DNA from: Prochlorococcus sp. AG-347-K18
GTDB taxonomy: Bacteria > Cyanobacteriota > Cyanobacteriia > PCC-6307 > Cyanobiaceae
Assembly: GCA_003281365.1 (NCBI GenBank)
Contig: QCCF01000007.1
Coordinates: forward strand, 12,598 to 76,597
Reading direction: 5' to 3'
DNA: 64,000 bases
Positions 42,325 to 51,811 of the stretch are shown here, piece by piece; the stretch's first letter is position 1, and every line of letters begins with the position of its first letter. Under the pieces are notes generated by a model that saw only the letters and a program-made list of their open reading frames with translations, searched no databases and was not told where the DNA came from. The position numbers and the translations under genes were made by a program.

Positions 42325-42540
42325 ATGGGAGAAGCAAACAGAAGAAGAAAGTTAGGAATTCCGCCTAGAGAAAAAACTGAAGATATAAAGATACCTCAAC
42401 TCGATAAAATAGCCATTCAACAAAAAATAAGGTCTACATTATATAAAAATCCAATTATCCCTTTTCTTTTTTATTTAGCTGTATTGATGATTTTAATAGG
42501 AGGTTTATTTTATTTTTTTAAGTCTTTTAATATTGAATAA
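42325..42540 (+). CDS. DUF2839-like protein
   Basis: MGEANRRRKLGIPPREK, start at 42325. Confidence 0.75.
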   Translation: MGEANRRRKLGIPPREKTEDIKIPQLDKIAIQQKIRSTLYKNPIIPFLFYLAVLMILIGGLFYFFKSFNIE

Positions 42541-42714
42541 TCATAGGTATTCCAAATTTTATTATAATTACTATATTGTTTTAAGTATCGAAGGTCTTTT
42601 TGAATTGTCAATAAAAAATTTAAGGCTATAAAATGTTAAAAAAAAATATGGGACTAATTTATGATTGACACTAACTTATATTGTTGTAATTTTGGATTAA
42701 TTTGAAATTTTTTT

Positions 42715-42849
42715 ATGAAAAAAATAAATAAAAAATATGCTGAAATAATGTTTCAAGCTGATAATGCAGTTGGAAGAAAAGAAGTAGTAAGTCTTTTAAA
42801 AAAAACTGCATTGATAATGTCAAAATCTGAGGAAAACTCAGCTGCTTAA
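42715..42849 (+). CDS. 44-aa hypothetical protein
   Basis: MKKINKKYAEIMFQADNAVGRKEVVSLLKKTAL... Confidence 0.55.
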   Translation: MKKINKKYAEIMFQADNAVGRKEVVSLLKKTALIMSKSEENSAA

Positions 42850-43086
42850 ATTTAGTAAACTATTTTTATTAGAATAAATAAAATACAATAAAGAATAATA
42901 AATGAGGATCCAGCCATAAAAAATGTGAATATCATTTCTGAGTTCTACAATGTCGAGATCTAAATTTTTTTATAAATTAATAATTAAATTTATTTGAATT
43001 TTTCTTTTAAAGAAATTTTAGGTAATTAATACCTTGTTTTCGCGAAAATTTTAAAGCAATATTTAAAAAAATTAAATTTCTCAATA

Positions 43087-43362
43087 ATGATTAAAAAATT
43101 CAAAGTAAATGCTAAAGAATTTAGAGATTACGATTCCGAGTTGTTACTTAAGATTTTGAATAAGACCACAATTGAAACAATAAATAAAGAGGATGAAGAA
43201 CTATTTGTAGATGAAAATTGGAAAATTAATACAAAACATAAAAGTAATATAATCCCTTCCAATAATTCTAATTTGAAAAAAATATTATCAGAAATTTTGC
43301 CAGATAAGAAAATATTGATTCAGGATAATAATGATGGTTCACAGACAATTTATTTATCCTAA
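43087..43362 (+). CDS. Hypothetical protein
   Basis: 91-aa ORF. Confidence 0.55.
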   Translation: MIKKFKVNAKEFRDYDSELLLKILNKTTIETINKEDEELFVDENWKINTKHKSNIIPSNNSNLKKILSEILPDKKILIQDNNDGSQTIYLS

Positions 43363-43471
43363 TGGAGTGATTATTAATATATTCACTTTCTAATTTATTC
43401 AGTATTTATTGTTCGCAAAAATTAGTAATAATTGCTCTCGCGTTATTTATTTAGAGGAGTTAATATACACG

Positions 43472-43536
43472 AACGTTCATCCAAGTTTATATCTCTGGAC
43501 GCATGAAATGGGAATAGGGAACGGGATTCTCATTAC
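43472..43536 (+). promoter_or_regulatory. Glutamine riboswitch, Downstream-peptide class
   Basis: CGTTCATCC (43474) ... GGACGCA (43497) ... GGAACG (43518). P1 is CGTTC/GAACG; pseudoknot AATGGGAAT (43507-15) pairs with ATTCTCATT (43526-34). TAATAT -10 at 43461. Confidence 0.8.
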
Positions 43537-43548
43537 CTGCATAAGATT

Positions 43549-43719
43549 ATGAATAACCTCTTACAAATAAGAGAAAAAATCAAAAAAGCCAATAGGCTTT
43601 ATCAGGCTAAAATTTTGGCAACTAAAAACGGAGAAGTAACTCCATACAGACCTTCAGTTTTTGAAGAAAGAATCAAGCAAACTCAAAAAGAAATGAGTTC
43701 GACAAACACTAAAAATTAA
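43549..43719 (+). CDS. 56-aa basic peptide downstream of the riboswitch
   Basis: MNNLLQIREKIKKANRLYQAKILATKNGEVTPYRPSVFEERIKQTQKEMSSTNTKN; terminator hairpin at ~43746-43772. Confidence 0.7.
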   Translation: MNNLLQIREKIKKANRLYQAKILATKNGEVTPYRPSVFEERIKQTQKEMSSTNTKN

Positions 43720-43897
43720 ATTCTTATTTTCATAATTGATCAATAAGAGAGGGATTTACCCTCTTTTTTTGATCATAAATATATACTCACAAAAAAATAT
43801 TATCCTACTTTCCAATAAAGAACTTGAGATTAATTTCACTATTGCATTCAAGTATATTAATGGCAAATTTAATTAAAGAAAAAAAAGGAAAATAACT

Positions 43898-44188
43898 ATG
43901 TTTAAAGATAAATCTCAACAATTTAAAGTCGCACCCAATAAATCCAAGCTAGATCAAGCCTTATGGTTCATAGAAAATTATTTGCCACAAAAGAAAAATC
44001 ATAATCTTCAAAAAAATTGGGATTTTAATAATCTAAAAGCAGAGACTGCCAAGCAATCATCTAAATTAGTTTCTTTTGTTTCTAAAACATTATTGCCAAC
44101 AACAAAAAACACGACTATTTCTTTTACATTTGGTAATTGGGCCTTACCTTACCTGAAAATAATCAAGAAAATAATAAGAGCTAAGTAA
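43898..44188 (+). CDS. Hypothetical protein
   Basis: 96-aa ORF. Confidence 0.55.
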   Translation: MFKDKSQQFKVAPNKSKLDQALWFIENYLPQKKNHNLQKNWDFNNLKAETAKQSSKLVSFVSKTLLPTTKNTTISFTFGNWALPYLKIIKKIIRAK

Positions 44189-44342
44189 GAAAATTATGAT
44201 TAACTAAGACAAGATTTATCCTGAAAATATAAATAATTAAAGATAATAAAGTCTTACTAAATAATTTTTAAAATTTAAGGCGAAATTCTTACTTTACATA
44301 AAAAATAGAATTGCTAAGTTTAAAATAAGAGATCTATACATT

Positions 44343-44489
44343 ATGTTTCTAAATTATCTGCCTAGTGAGATGGTTGAAGTTGTCGGTTTAACAATGATTT
44401 TTTCATTTTTAGTTGGAACTATATTAATTTTGTTATTTACATCAGATCAGGCAAATACAAAGAATCTATATTTAAAGAAGGCTAAATAA
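44343..44489 (+). CDS. 48-aa single-TM protein
   Basis: MFLNYLPSEMVEVVGLTMIFSFLVGTILILLFTS... Confidence 0.5.
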   Translation: MFLNYLPSEMVEVVGLTMIFSFLVGTILILLFTSDQANTKNLYLKKAK

Positions 44490-44594
44490 ATTTTAAAATA
44501 TTTTTTATAAATAAAGAACTAATTTTTAAATAAAATAAATTCGCAGATTTTGAACTTAATTTTTATTATTAATAAATTAATCAATTTAAATATT

Positions 44595-44795
44595 ATGGGC
44601 GAAGCTAAAAGAAGAGAAGAATTAGGATTGCCACCTAGACAAAAAAAAGTTGAGATAAATAAGTCTGATAGATATTTTCCTTGGCTTCCAATTACTAAAT
44701 CTAGAGTTAAAAAATATCCTTACATGGGAGTAGCTACTATGGCACTAGGAGCGATAATTTTCTTAGTTAGTGGGGGAGCAAATAGCATTAATTAA
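44595..44795 (+). CDS. DUF2839-like protein, second copy
   Basis: MGEAKRREELGLPPRQKK, start at 44595. Confidence 0.75.
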   Translation: MGEAKRREELGLPPRQKKVEINKSDRYFPWLPITKSRVKKYPYMGVATMALGAIIFLVSGGANSIN

Positions 44796-44823
44796 TTAGA
44801 TTTTTAACTGACTTGGAATATAT

Positions 44824-45084
44824 TTAAGGTTTTTTTTGTAGTAGTCTAACTCCAGATGTTATGGAGATTATTGATGCCATACCAAGAAATATCGAGTAAA
44901 AAGGTTGCAAATTAATAATTCCAAAATTACCTGTATGCCATTTAATTAACCAAAAAGCATCTACTCCTAATGGTTGAAGAATGCTATAAATAGTCCCAGA
45001 TCCAACAGTAATTAGTAAAGGGATTGCTGAAATAGCTGTTATTTTTCTGTGAAGTTTTCTTTTATTAGTTTTTAATTCTTTCAT
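44824..45084 (-). CDS. PepSY-TM-like small membrane protein
   Basis: RKLHRKITAISAIPLL...GTIY...WHTG. Confidence 0.7.
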   Translation of the reverse strand: MKELKTNKRKLHRKITAISAIPLLITVGSGTIYSILQPLGVDAFWLIKWHTGNFGIINLQPFYSIFLGMASIISITSGVRLLQKKP

Positions 45085-45348
45085 CTACTTCCTCAAATAG
45101 ATATGTAATTCTTTTTCGTTTTTGCATGGCATCCATTTATCTTGGTTCTTATGTATTCCTTCGCAACCAAGTTCTAAAGATCTTTTTTCAGCGTCCTCTG
45201 CTGAAAAAAATGTACCCCTCATATGTGCAGGCGAATAACTATGGAAATTTAAGGATAAAAAAAATAAAAAAATAAAAAATTTAAAATTTCTAATAATAAT
45301 TTGCATTATTTTGAATTTAGTATTTGTCTTAAAGAGAGATGTTATCAA
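45085..45348 (-). CDS. DUF3721-like protein
   Basis: AEKRSLELGCEGIH....WMPC. Confidence 0.7.
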   Translation of the reverse strand: MITSLFKTNTKFKIMQIIIRNFKFFIFLFFLSLNFHSYSPAHMRGTFFSAEDAEKRSLELGCEGIHKNQDKWMPCKNEKELHIYLRK

Positions 45349-45847
45349 ATAATTTTATTTTGCCAGTTTTACTAAATGAAACTACTTTATAGTAATTGTA
45401 ATCATGAGAATGCGATTCGTGAGAATGCATTTCCATCCCTGGAGAGCCAAGCGGCATTTCTGGAACTGCTATCCCATTGATATTTGGTTTTTCTCTAAAA
45501 AGTTTGTTAATTGATTCAATCGGGACATGTCCTTCAATCGTATAGTTAGCTATCTGAGCTGAGTGACATGATCTCAGATTATTGGGAATTTGATATTTGT
45601 TTTTAATTACAGAAGCATCATCAATTATATTATCAACAACTTCTAATTCATTATCTTTTAAATGATTGATCCATTTTTTGCAACAACCACATGATGATGA
45701 TCTGTAAGAAATAACTTTTGGGATATCTATATTTTCTTGAGTTAAAGCAATACTCTTATGTGCACTAATTATATTTGTAAGAAGAATTCCAGAGAAAATA
45801 AGATAATTTAAAAATCCTCTTTTCATAAATATTTTTTTAAGTGCCAT
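45329..45847 (-). CDS. DUF411-like metal-binding protein
   Basis: SSCGCCKKW, SCHSA, EGHVP, GSPGME, His-rich tail. Confidence 0.85.
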   Translation of the reverse strand: MALKKIFMKRGFLNYLIFSGILLTNIISAHKSIALTQENIDIPKVISYRSSSCGCCKKWINHLKDNELEVVDNIIDDASVIKNKYQIPNNLRSCHSAQIANYTIEGHVPIESINKLFREKPNINGIAVPEMPLGSPGMEMHSHESHSHDYNYYKVVSFSKTGKIKLFDNISL

Positions 45848-45908
45848 ACTAGTTAGGACGATTAAATTTAATATTTAAATTAACCATAAATGAAAATTTA
45901 TTAAATCG

Positions 45909-46361
45909 CTATTTAATCAAAATTAAAACACTCATAATTGCCATTAAAAGATTTTCGATAAAACTAATAATTCCCAAAGGAGTTTTTGCATATCCACCAA
46001 TACATGCACAATTTAATTTTAATTTATCCAAATAAACAGTCTTAAATACTGAAATCATTCCTGAAATTCCTAAGATTAGGGCAATAAAAATAATTAAAGA
46101 GGGTGGAGAAGAATTAAGAAAACTTATTCCAATTAATAATTCGCAAAAAGGATAAATATATATCCAGCTATTAAATTTAGAGGATATTAAATCATACTTC
46201 TTATAACTTGTTCCAAAAGCTTCAATATCCATTAGCTTGAGCATCGCTAAAAGACAAATTGATATTCCCATAAAAATTTGGAAACTTTTAAGCAATGAAA
46301 TGGTTATCAGAAATGAAGTACCAAATACTGCAATTAAGGGGGTAAATGACTTGATCTTCAT
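45909..46361 (-). CDS. MauE/DoxX-family membrane protein
   Basis: LKLMD..F...YDL, YPFCEL, LNCACIG, ENLLM. Confidence 0.8.
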   Translation of the reverse strand: MKIKSFTPLIAVFGTSFLITISLLKSFQIFMGISICLLAMLKLMDIEAFGTSYKKYDLISSKFNSWIYIYPFCELLIGISFLNSSPPSLIIFIALILGISGMISVFKTVYLDKLKLNCACIGGYAKTPLGIISFIENLLMAIMSVLILIK

Positions 46362-46363
46362 TT

Positions 46364-46594
46364 TTAACTTTTAAGGATAGAGTCACAAATACTAGATGGA
46401 TTTGCTTGTTTAACTATTTTTAGTCTTTTGATAAGTATGTCTCGATCTATTTGATGTTTTAAATATTTAATACATAAATTTTTTTCCTGATATACCACTG
46501 CTATTGGAGAAATCTTTAAAGCAATAGCAAAAGTACCAATAACTAAAAGAATGTTTGTAGCTAGTCGAATATTTGGTCGAAAATTTGATCTCAT
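46364..46594 (-). CDS. Small TM-anchored protein with two Cys
   Basis: NIRLATNILLVIGTF...NLC...SIC. Confidence 0.7.
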   Translation of the reverse strand: MRSNFRPNIRLATNILLVIGTFAIALKISPIAVVYQEKNLCIKYLKHQIDRDILIKRLKIVKQANPSSICDSILKS

Positions 46595-46707
46595 TCGTAT
46601 TCTTTATTTCTGTCAATAACTTCCCTTAAATATATATCTTTTAGCTCGTCATTGTATGCATTTTCTTTTGCAAATTTCTCTAATTCCTTCAACTCTTTTT
46701 CTGACAT
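46591..46707 (-). CDS. 38-aa hypothetical protein
   Basis: MSEKELKELEKFAKENAYNDELKDIYLREVIDRNKEYE; ATGA overlap downstream and TAATG overlap upstream. Confidence 0.6.
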   Translation of the reverse strand: MSEKELKELEKFAKENAYNDELKDIYLREVIDRNKEYE

Positions 46708-46850
46708 TAAGCAGATTTGGATATATTGTTTTTCATATCTTCAATTTGGTTGATTAATTCATCTAACCATTCTGTATTATCTTCCGATTTTTTTTGAAAA
46801 TATTTGATATTTGGTTGATTGATTTCAAGTGTCTCATAATCTCCACTCAT
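46707..46850 (-). CDS. 47-aa hypothetical protein
   Basis: MSGDYETLEINQPNIKYFQKKSEDNTEWLDELINQIEDMKNNISKSA. Confidence 0.55.
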   Translation of the reverse strand: MSGDYETLEINQPNIKYFQKKSEDNTEWLDELINQIEDMKNNISKSA

Positions 46851-46998
46851 AAATTCTCCCTAAATTTTATACTCTGCTTAACTTATCTAGATAAATTAAG
46901 CTCATCAATAGGCTCTAATACTTATTTGTCATTTGCTAAGTGTAAAAAGGTACTTTTTTTTAATAGTATAAATATCAAATAATTTTTCTTCCAAAAAT

Positions 46999-47103
46999 AT
47001 GTCAACTAATGAGGAACTAGAAAAAAGAATTGAGACTTTAGAAAAAGAAGTGCAACACCTAAAAGCTATTCTGCAGTATCAAATGAGAAATAAGAAAAAG
47101 TGA
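46999..47103 (+). CDS. 34-aa coiled-coil peptide
   Basis: MSTNEELEKRIETLEKEVQHLKAILQYQMRNKKK. Confidence 0.55.
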   Translation: MSTNEELEKRIETLEKEVQHLKAILQYQMRNKKK

Positions 47104-47287
47104 TTTATTCTTATTAAATACCAATTACTTTTGGTTAGATAAGCATCTTCCCTTGGGGTTTTTGTGTGACTAATGTCAAAGATAAATATTAAAAATTAGT
47201 CCATACTTTAATTACGCCTAAAAAAAATAATTATTAATCATTGATATTTAGATCATATTTGGTTTTATATGTATAAAAGTACTTTAT

Positions 47288-47404
47288 ATGATTAACTCTA
47301 TAGCTACTTCATTGTTATTATTAGGCCTTTTAGTTGCTTACAAAAGACTCAAAAGAAAGAAACGGCGATTTCAAGCGCCACCTACACATCAGCTTCCTAG
47401 TTGA
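47288..47404 (+). CDS. 38-aa TM peptide with basic tail
   Basis: MINSIATSLLLLGLLVAYKRLKRKKRRFQAPPTHQLPS. Confidence 0.45.
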   Translation: MINSIATSLLLLGLLVAYKRLKRKKRRFQAPPTHQLPS

Positions 47405-47407
47405 AGA

Positions 47408-47521
47408 TTAAATTCCATCTTCGTCTTCTCCAAAAGGGTTGTATCTAATATCCCAAATTAGAACTACTGCTATAGATAAAAGCAATAGACCAAAAACAAC
47501 TTGAGAAGGTGGAAATATCAT
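47408..47521 (-). CDS. 37-aa TM peptide with acidic tail
   Basis: MIFPPSQVVFGLLLLSIAVVLIWDIRYNPFGEDEDGI. Confidence 0.45.
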   Translation of the reverse strand: MIFPPSQVVFGLLLLSIAVVLIWDIRYNPFGEDEDGI

Positions 47522-47669
47522 TACTGCAATCTAACAATTAAAGATCATATTTGCTCATGAAAATTTAAAGGGTAGTAAATATTGTTTGGTTCTATATTAT
47601 TTTCATAATATGCTGTTGGGTAATCAAATCTTTCACTGCTCTGTTTGTATTGATAACAAAATTTTTCCA

Positions 47670-47867
47670 TAAAAAAAGGGCGTTAGCTTCGCCCCAACTA
47701 AATTAAAAAAGTGGGATAATCCCCATCACCCAACCTTTTTTAAATCTTAGCACTACATATGGTGTTTGTAAGTATTAAAAATTACCTATTGATGGGGTTG
47801 TTTGTTTCTTTTTAATTTGTCATTATAGGAGTCCCCATCACCTAGGCTCGCAAGAGTCTTTTTTTTT
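47670..47867. ncRNA. Candidate divergent sRNA pair or RNA switch
   Basis: ORF-free; outward-facing terminators at both ends; CCCCATCACC twice and one complementary TGATGGGG. Confidence 0.5.
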
Positions 47868-47971
47868 GTTTTAAATGCCTGTTACGCTTATTATTTTTTA
47901 ATTAGTATTTAAAGACTTTTTATTTAATTTTTAAATTCGATAATTAATAATTAAAAAAATAATTTTATTTC

Positions 47972-48286
47972 ATGCAAACTTACATCGTACATTGGCAATT
48001 CCCAGATCAAGAAAGTCATATGCAAGGGTCAGAAGCATTTGCTGGGTTTGTTGAAGGAGGATGCAAAGGTGATGAATTTGATGGGTTTAAAGTCCTTAAT
48101 CGAGTAGTAAACCCTGAAGGAGCTAATGGTTGGGCAATAGTTGAATCCTCAAACCATCAGAACATTTGGAAATGGAGTAGTATTTGGGTCGATAATTTTG
48201 GTGTAGAAATTGAAGTAACCCCAGTTTTAACAGATCAAGAGTTTCTCTCCGTCCATAAAGAAATTGCGGCAGCCTCCAATCAATAG
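47972..48286 (+). CDS. DUF3303-like protein
   Basis: YIVHWQF...RVVNPEGANGWAIVE...WKW. Confidence 0.75.
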   Translation: MQTYIVHWQFPDQESHMQGSEAFAGFVEGGCKGDEFDGFKVLNRVVNPEGANGWAIVESSNHQNIWKWSSIWVDNFGVEIEVTPVLTDQEFLSVHKEIAAASNQ

Positions 48287-48342
48287 TTAATATTTTAGAT
48301 TATTGTCAGATAATCCAAAGTAGAATTGAAGAAACACTTCTT

Positions 48343-48507
48343 ATGGAATTTTCTTCTCAAGAAATTGAAATGCAATACAATTTAATTAAAATGCTTTTAG
48401 CTGAACCTGAGAAATATAGGGATGCAATTAATGCAATAAAGAAAGATATTGCATATATGCCTCTAGAGCTTAAAAAAAAACTTGAGGAAGAAAATATTAT
48501 TTTATAA
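48343..48507 (+). CDS. 54-aa hypothetical protein
   Basis: MEFSSQEIEMQYNLIKMLLAEPEKYRDAINAIKKD... Confidence 0.6.
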   Translation: MEFSSQEIEMQYNLIKMLLAEPEKYRDAINAIKKDIAYMPLELKKKLEEENIIL

Positions 48508-48575
48508 ATGCAACGCAAATAAAAAATATTCAGTATCCTTAATTCTTAAAAATAGTAATCAGATATCTTTGAGAG

Positions 48576-48740
48576 TTATCCGAGAGCATCTAAATCTCTT
48601 CTATGGTGAACTGTATTCCGATCATCTTGTGGAATCTTCTGCTCTCTCATTAAATCTGCAATAGTCGGAAAATCTTTTGAATTGTCAATATCTCTTGAGT
48701 TTTTATTTTGAATTGCGAATGGTGATCTTTTTAAATTCAT
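48576..48740 (-). CDS. 54-aa hypothetical protein
   Basis: MNLKRSPFAIQNKNSRDIDNSKDFPTIADLMREQKIP... Confidence 0.45.
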   Translation of the reverse strand: MNLKRSPFAIQNKNSRDIDNSKDFPTIADLMREQKIPQDDRNTVHHRRDLDALG

Positions 48741-48750
48741 AACTATTAAC

Positions 48751-48936
48751 TTAAAATTTTTGTTGGATTCTGGTTACAGATCCTGGATTATCATGAACGT
48801 AAGAGTTAAAATCTCTAGCAAGCATTAAGCAATCGTATGCATCGCGTGCATAGAAGCCAACTTCATGTGTATTATTTGATGAATCTTTGTAACTCAACAC
48901 ATATTTATTACAAGATTTGATTGGTGTTGAAGGCAT
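48751..48936 (-). CDS. Hypothetical protein
   Basis: 61 aa; YKD...HEVGFYARDAYD. Confidence 0.65.
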   Translation of the reverse strand: MPSTPIKSCNKYVLSYKDSSNNTHEVGFYARDAYDCLMLARDFNSYVHDNPGSVTRIQQKF

Positions 48937-49190
48937 TTTTTTATATTGATTACTACTAATTTCTAACTAGAATTACTAATCAACTGACTTTCAAAAATGT
49001 ACGGTTTAAGGCACTAACATATACGGATAAAGGATCAACAATTAAATTAAAAAATAAATATAATAATTTCTAATTCTAGTGAAGTTAAGAAAATAATTAC
49101 CTTTAGATTATTTCTCAAACAACTTTTATTAGATTATTTTTGTTAAGAAGCAAATTAAATTTAAAATAAATAAAAGGTAACTTTGCAAAA

Positions 49191-49913
49191 ATGTCTACCA
49201 GAATAAATAAATATTTAAGTGAAGCCGGTTACTGTTCAAGAAGAGCAGCAGATAGATTAATTGAAGAAGGTAAAGTATCCATAAATGGTAAAACCACAGA
49301 AATGGGAACTAAGGTAGAAGAAGGGGATCAAGTAGAAGTTGAAGGTCAAAAATTAGAAAAATCTACGAAACAAAAAAAAGTATACTTAGCCTTTAATAAA
49401 CCTGTTGGGATAGTTTGCACAACCGATAGAAGAGTAGAACCCAAAAATATCATTGATTACATTAAATTTCCCATAAGAATTTTTCCTGTTGGAAGATTGG
49501 ATAAGTTAAGTGAAGGCTTAATTTTTTTAACCAACGATGGAGATATTGTTAATAAAATACTTAGAGCGAGAAATAATCATGAAAAAGAATACATTGTGTG
49601 TGTTAATCGTTCAATTAATAGAAACTTTATTCAAAGTATGAGTAATGGAGTTGAAATATTAGGTACTATTACTAGGAATTGTTTCGTAGAACAGTTGGGA
49701 CCCAAAAAGTTCAAAATAATTCTTACTCAAGGACTTAATCGTCAGATTAGGAGAATGTGTGATTCCTTAGGCTATCAAGTACTGTCATTAAAGCGTGTGA
49801 GAATTATGAATATTAAGTTAGACATACCAACAGGAAAGTATCGCGAATTTACTAAAGAAGAACTCTTAAAAATTAACATTTTACTCGAGAAGTCTTCTAA
49901 ATCAATTGACTAA
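49191..49913 (+). CDS. rluF: RsuA-family rRNA pseudouridine synthase, RluF-like
   Basis: S4 domain RINKYLS...CSRR, GRLD, LTQGLNRQIRRM. Confidence 0.85.
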   Translation: MSTRINKYLSEAGYCSRRAADRLIEEGKVSINGKTTEMGTKVEEGDQVEVEGQKLEKSTKQKKVYLAFNKPVGIVCTTDRRVEPKNIIDYIKFPIRIFPVGRLDKLSEGLIFLTNDGDIVNKILRARNNHEKEYIVCVNRSINRNFIQSMSNGVEILGTITRNCFVEQLGPKKFKIILTQGLNRQIRRMCDSLGYQVLSLKRVRIMNIKLDIPTGKYREFTKEELLKINILLEKSSKSID

Positions 49914-50744
49914 TAAGATTCTTTTTTTTTAACTTCCATCTATAGCAATCTAATTAATTCTGTATTTTGGACTTTATAAAAAGTTGTTTAGTCCCTATAC
50001 AAAATATTTTTGGCAAGATATTTTTAAGACATTTGATTTATTAAGTCAGAAAATCTAAATAACTTTTAAGAAATGGTTGCTACCTTTATGGGCAACAGGC
50101 AATAGAGAACAAATGAAGTAATTACAATAAAATACGATTGATCAAATAAGAACTCTTATTAGGTATTTAAGTGAAACATCGTATCTTTTAAAAATAAAAA
50201 TATTCTTATGTGTTTAGATCCAATAGCAAGAGAGTATGGCGGAGAAGTAGCAGATAAAAATTAAATGGCGAAACTAAATCAAAAAAATCCTGCTAATAGA
50301 AAAGTTTATATAGAAATTTAAGTTATTTGTTAAAATTCCAAGATGGATAAGGATCTAGAGATAAGGAAATAAAAACTCTAATAAGAAAAGTGGTGCGGGA
50401 TTGGGGAAAAGATATCTTTAACTATTCCAATTTAGACTAGAAATTTTAAATAAGTATTTTCTACATTGTTTTAATTAAAGATTTTGATTTGAATAGTGAT
50501 ATTTATAGGATATTTATGCAGAAAATTCTTTCAAATTTTTTTTACCGGATATTGATGAAAATAGCGGAAAGTTATTATGGAGACTCAATAAAATCAGAAG
50601 AAATAGTTCCTTATAATTATTTTTTTTAGACTGTTTTTCCATATATAATTTCTGAAATTGGAGGTAAAGATATATTTTTATCGTAAAATAAAAGTTATCA
50701 TCTTTTTAGGTGCGTTATAAAATTAATAAGCTACATCTTACTTA

Positions 50745-51005
50745 ATGGAATCTAAATTTTATCAATGGTGGAAAAATCACAGAAGATTAGTGTCTATTGG
50801 TCTTTTCCTATCCGTATTTGCTTTTTACCTTAGAACTCCTTTTGAAAAAGAAGTAAAAGTAAGAGATACATGTGCGAAATTAAATTCAAGCTATCAAATC
50901 ACAGGTAATGAAGCTATCAAGAGGCTTAAGCTCAAGAAAATAAAAAATTTTAACAATCGCGAGTTAGCAAATTATTACTGCGAAAGATATTTAGGCATTA
51001 ATTAA
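50745..51005 (+). CDS. Small TM-anchored protein with two Cys
   Basis: 86 aa; RDTC...YYCE. Confidence 0.65.
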   Translation: MESKFYQWWKNHRRLVSIGLFLSVFAFYLRTPFEKEVKVRDTCAKLNSSYQITGNEAIKRLKLKKIKNFNNRELANYYCERYLGIN

Positions 51006-51205
51006 CAATAAATATAGTTCTTAATAATTTAATTATTCACTCCAATGCAGAGGTTAAAGGGCATTAATACTAAATATAGAAAATTTTTAAACCAAAATTC
51101 TATCTGTAATTAATGAGAAGTTTATAAACTTCCTTCAAAAGGAACCTTTAACCCCTATTTAGTTTTTTATTTTTTATGATGAATATTAATTAAATTTCTA
51201 ATAAA

Positions 51206-51457
51206 GTGATCAAAAAAGAAGACAATATTCGAAGCGAAAGCTATTACCCAGATAGTACTTATTATCTTGACCAGAAAAATACCTCTAAAGAGACTCCACT
51301 TTCAGAAGATAAAATACCTAATACTTCTAAATTTGAATGGCCAAATAGCTATTGGTTTATTGCGGAAAGAACAAATGGAAGACTTGCAATGATTGGCTTC
51401 ATGGCAGTCATTATTAACTACACCTTATTTGGATGGATAGCATATCCAATTCTTTAA
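51206..51457 (+). CDS. hli: High-light inducible protein (83 aa)
   Basis: AERTNGRLAMIG. Confidence 0.9.
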   Translation: MIKKEDNIRSESYYPDSTYYLDQKNTSKETPLSEDKIPNTSKFEWPNSYWFIAERTNGRLAMIGFMAVIINYTLFGWIAYPIL

Positions 51458-51811
51458 ATGAGTAATTTTAAGTAGAATTTGTCCGCAAAAATTTAGTTAA
51501 TAAAAATCCTGATAGCATTTTATACGTAATATTGATCTATTTAAATCAATAAAAATTTAAAAACTGGAATATAGTCTTAAGAAATTATGAGCAAAAATCT
51601 TGGAATCCTTTAACTACTACGAATACTTAAATTCAATTTCATTTCACCCACCAGTGATGATAATTACCACATTAGTGTTCTTTTACATAAGAAGGAAATT
51701 TTTATTAGCAGGAAAAAAACATTAGCAATCTATTTAATAAATATTTTTAAACGAGTCATAAATTATATAAACAAAGCAGGTAATAAAAACAATTACATAT
51801 ATAGATTCCAT

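Noticed and set aside
49920-50740. Hidden gene or RNA after rluF
   Set aside because: Only fragmentary short frames and no stable structure; looks like eroded DNA
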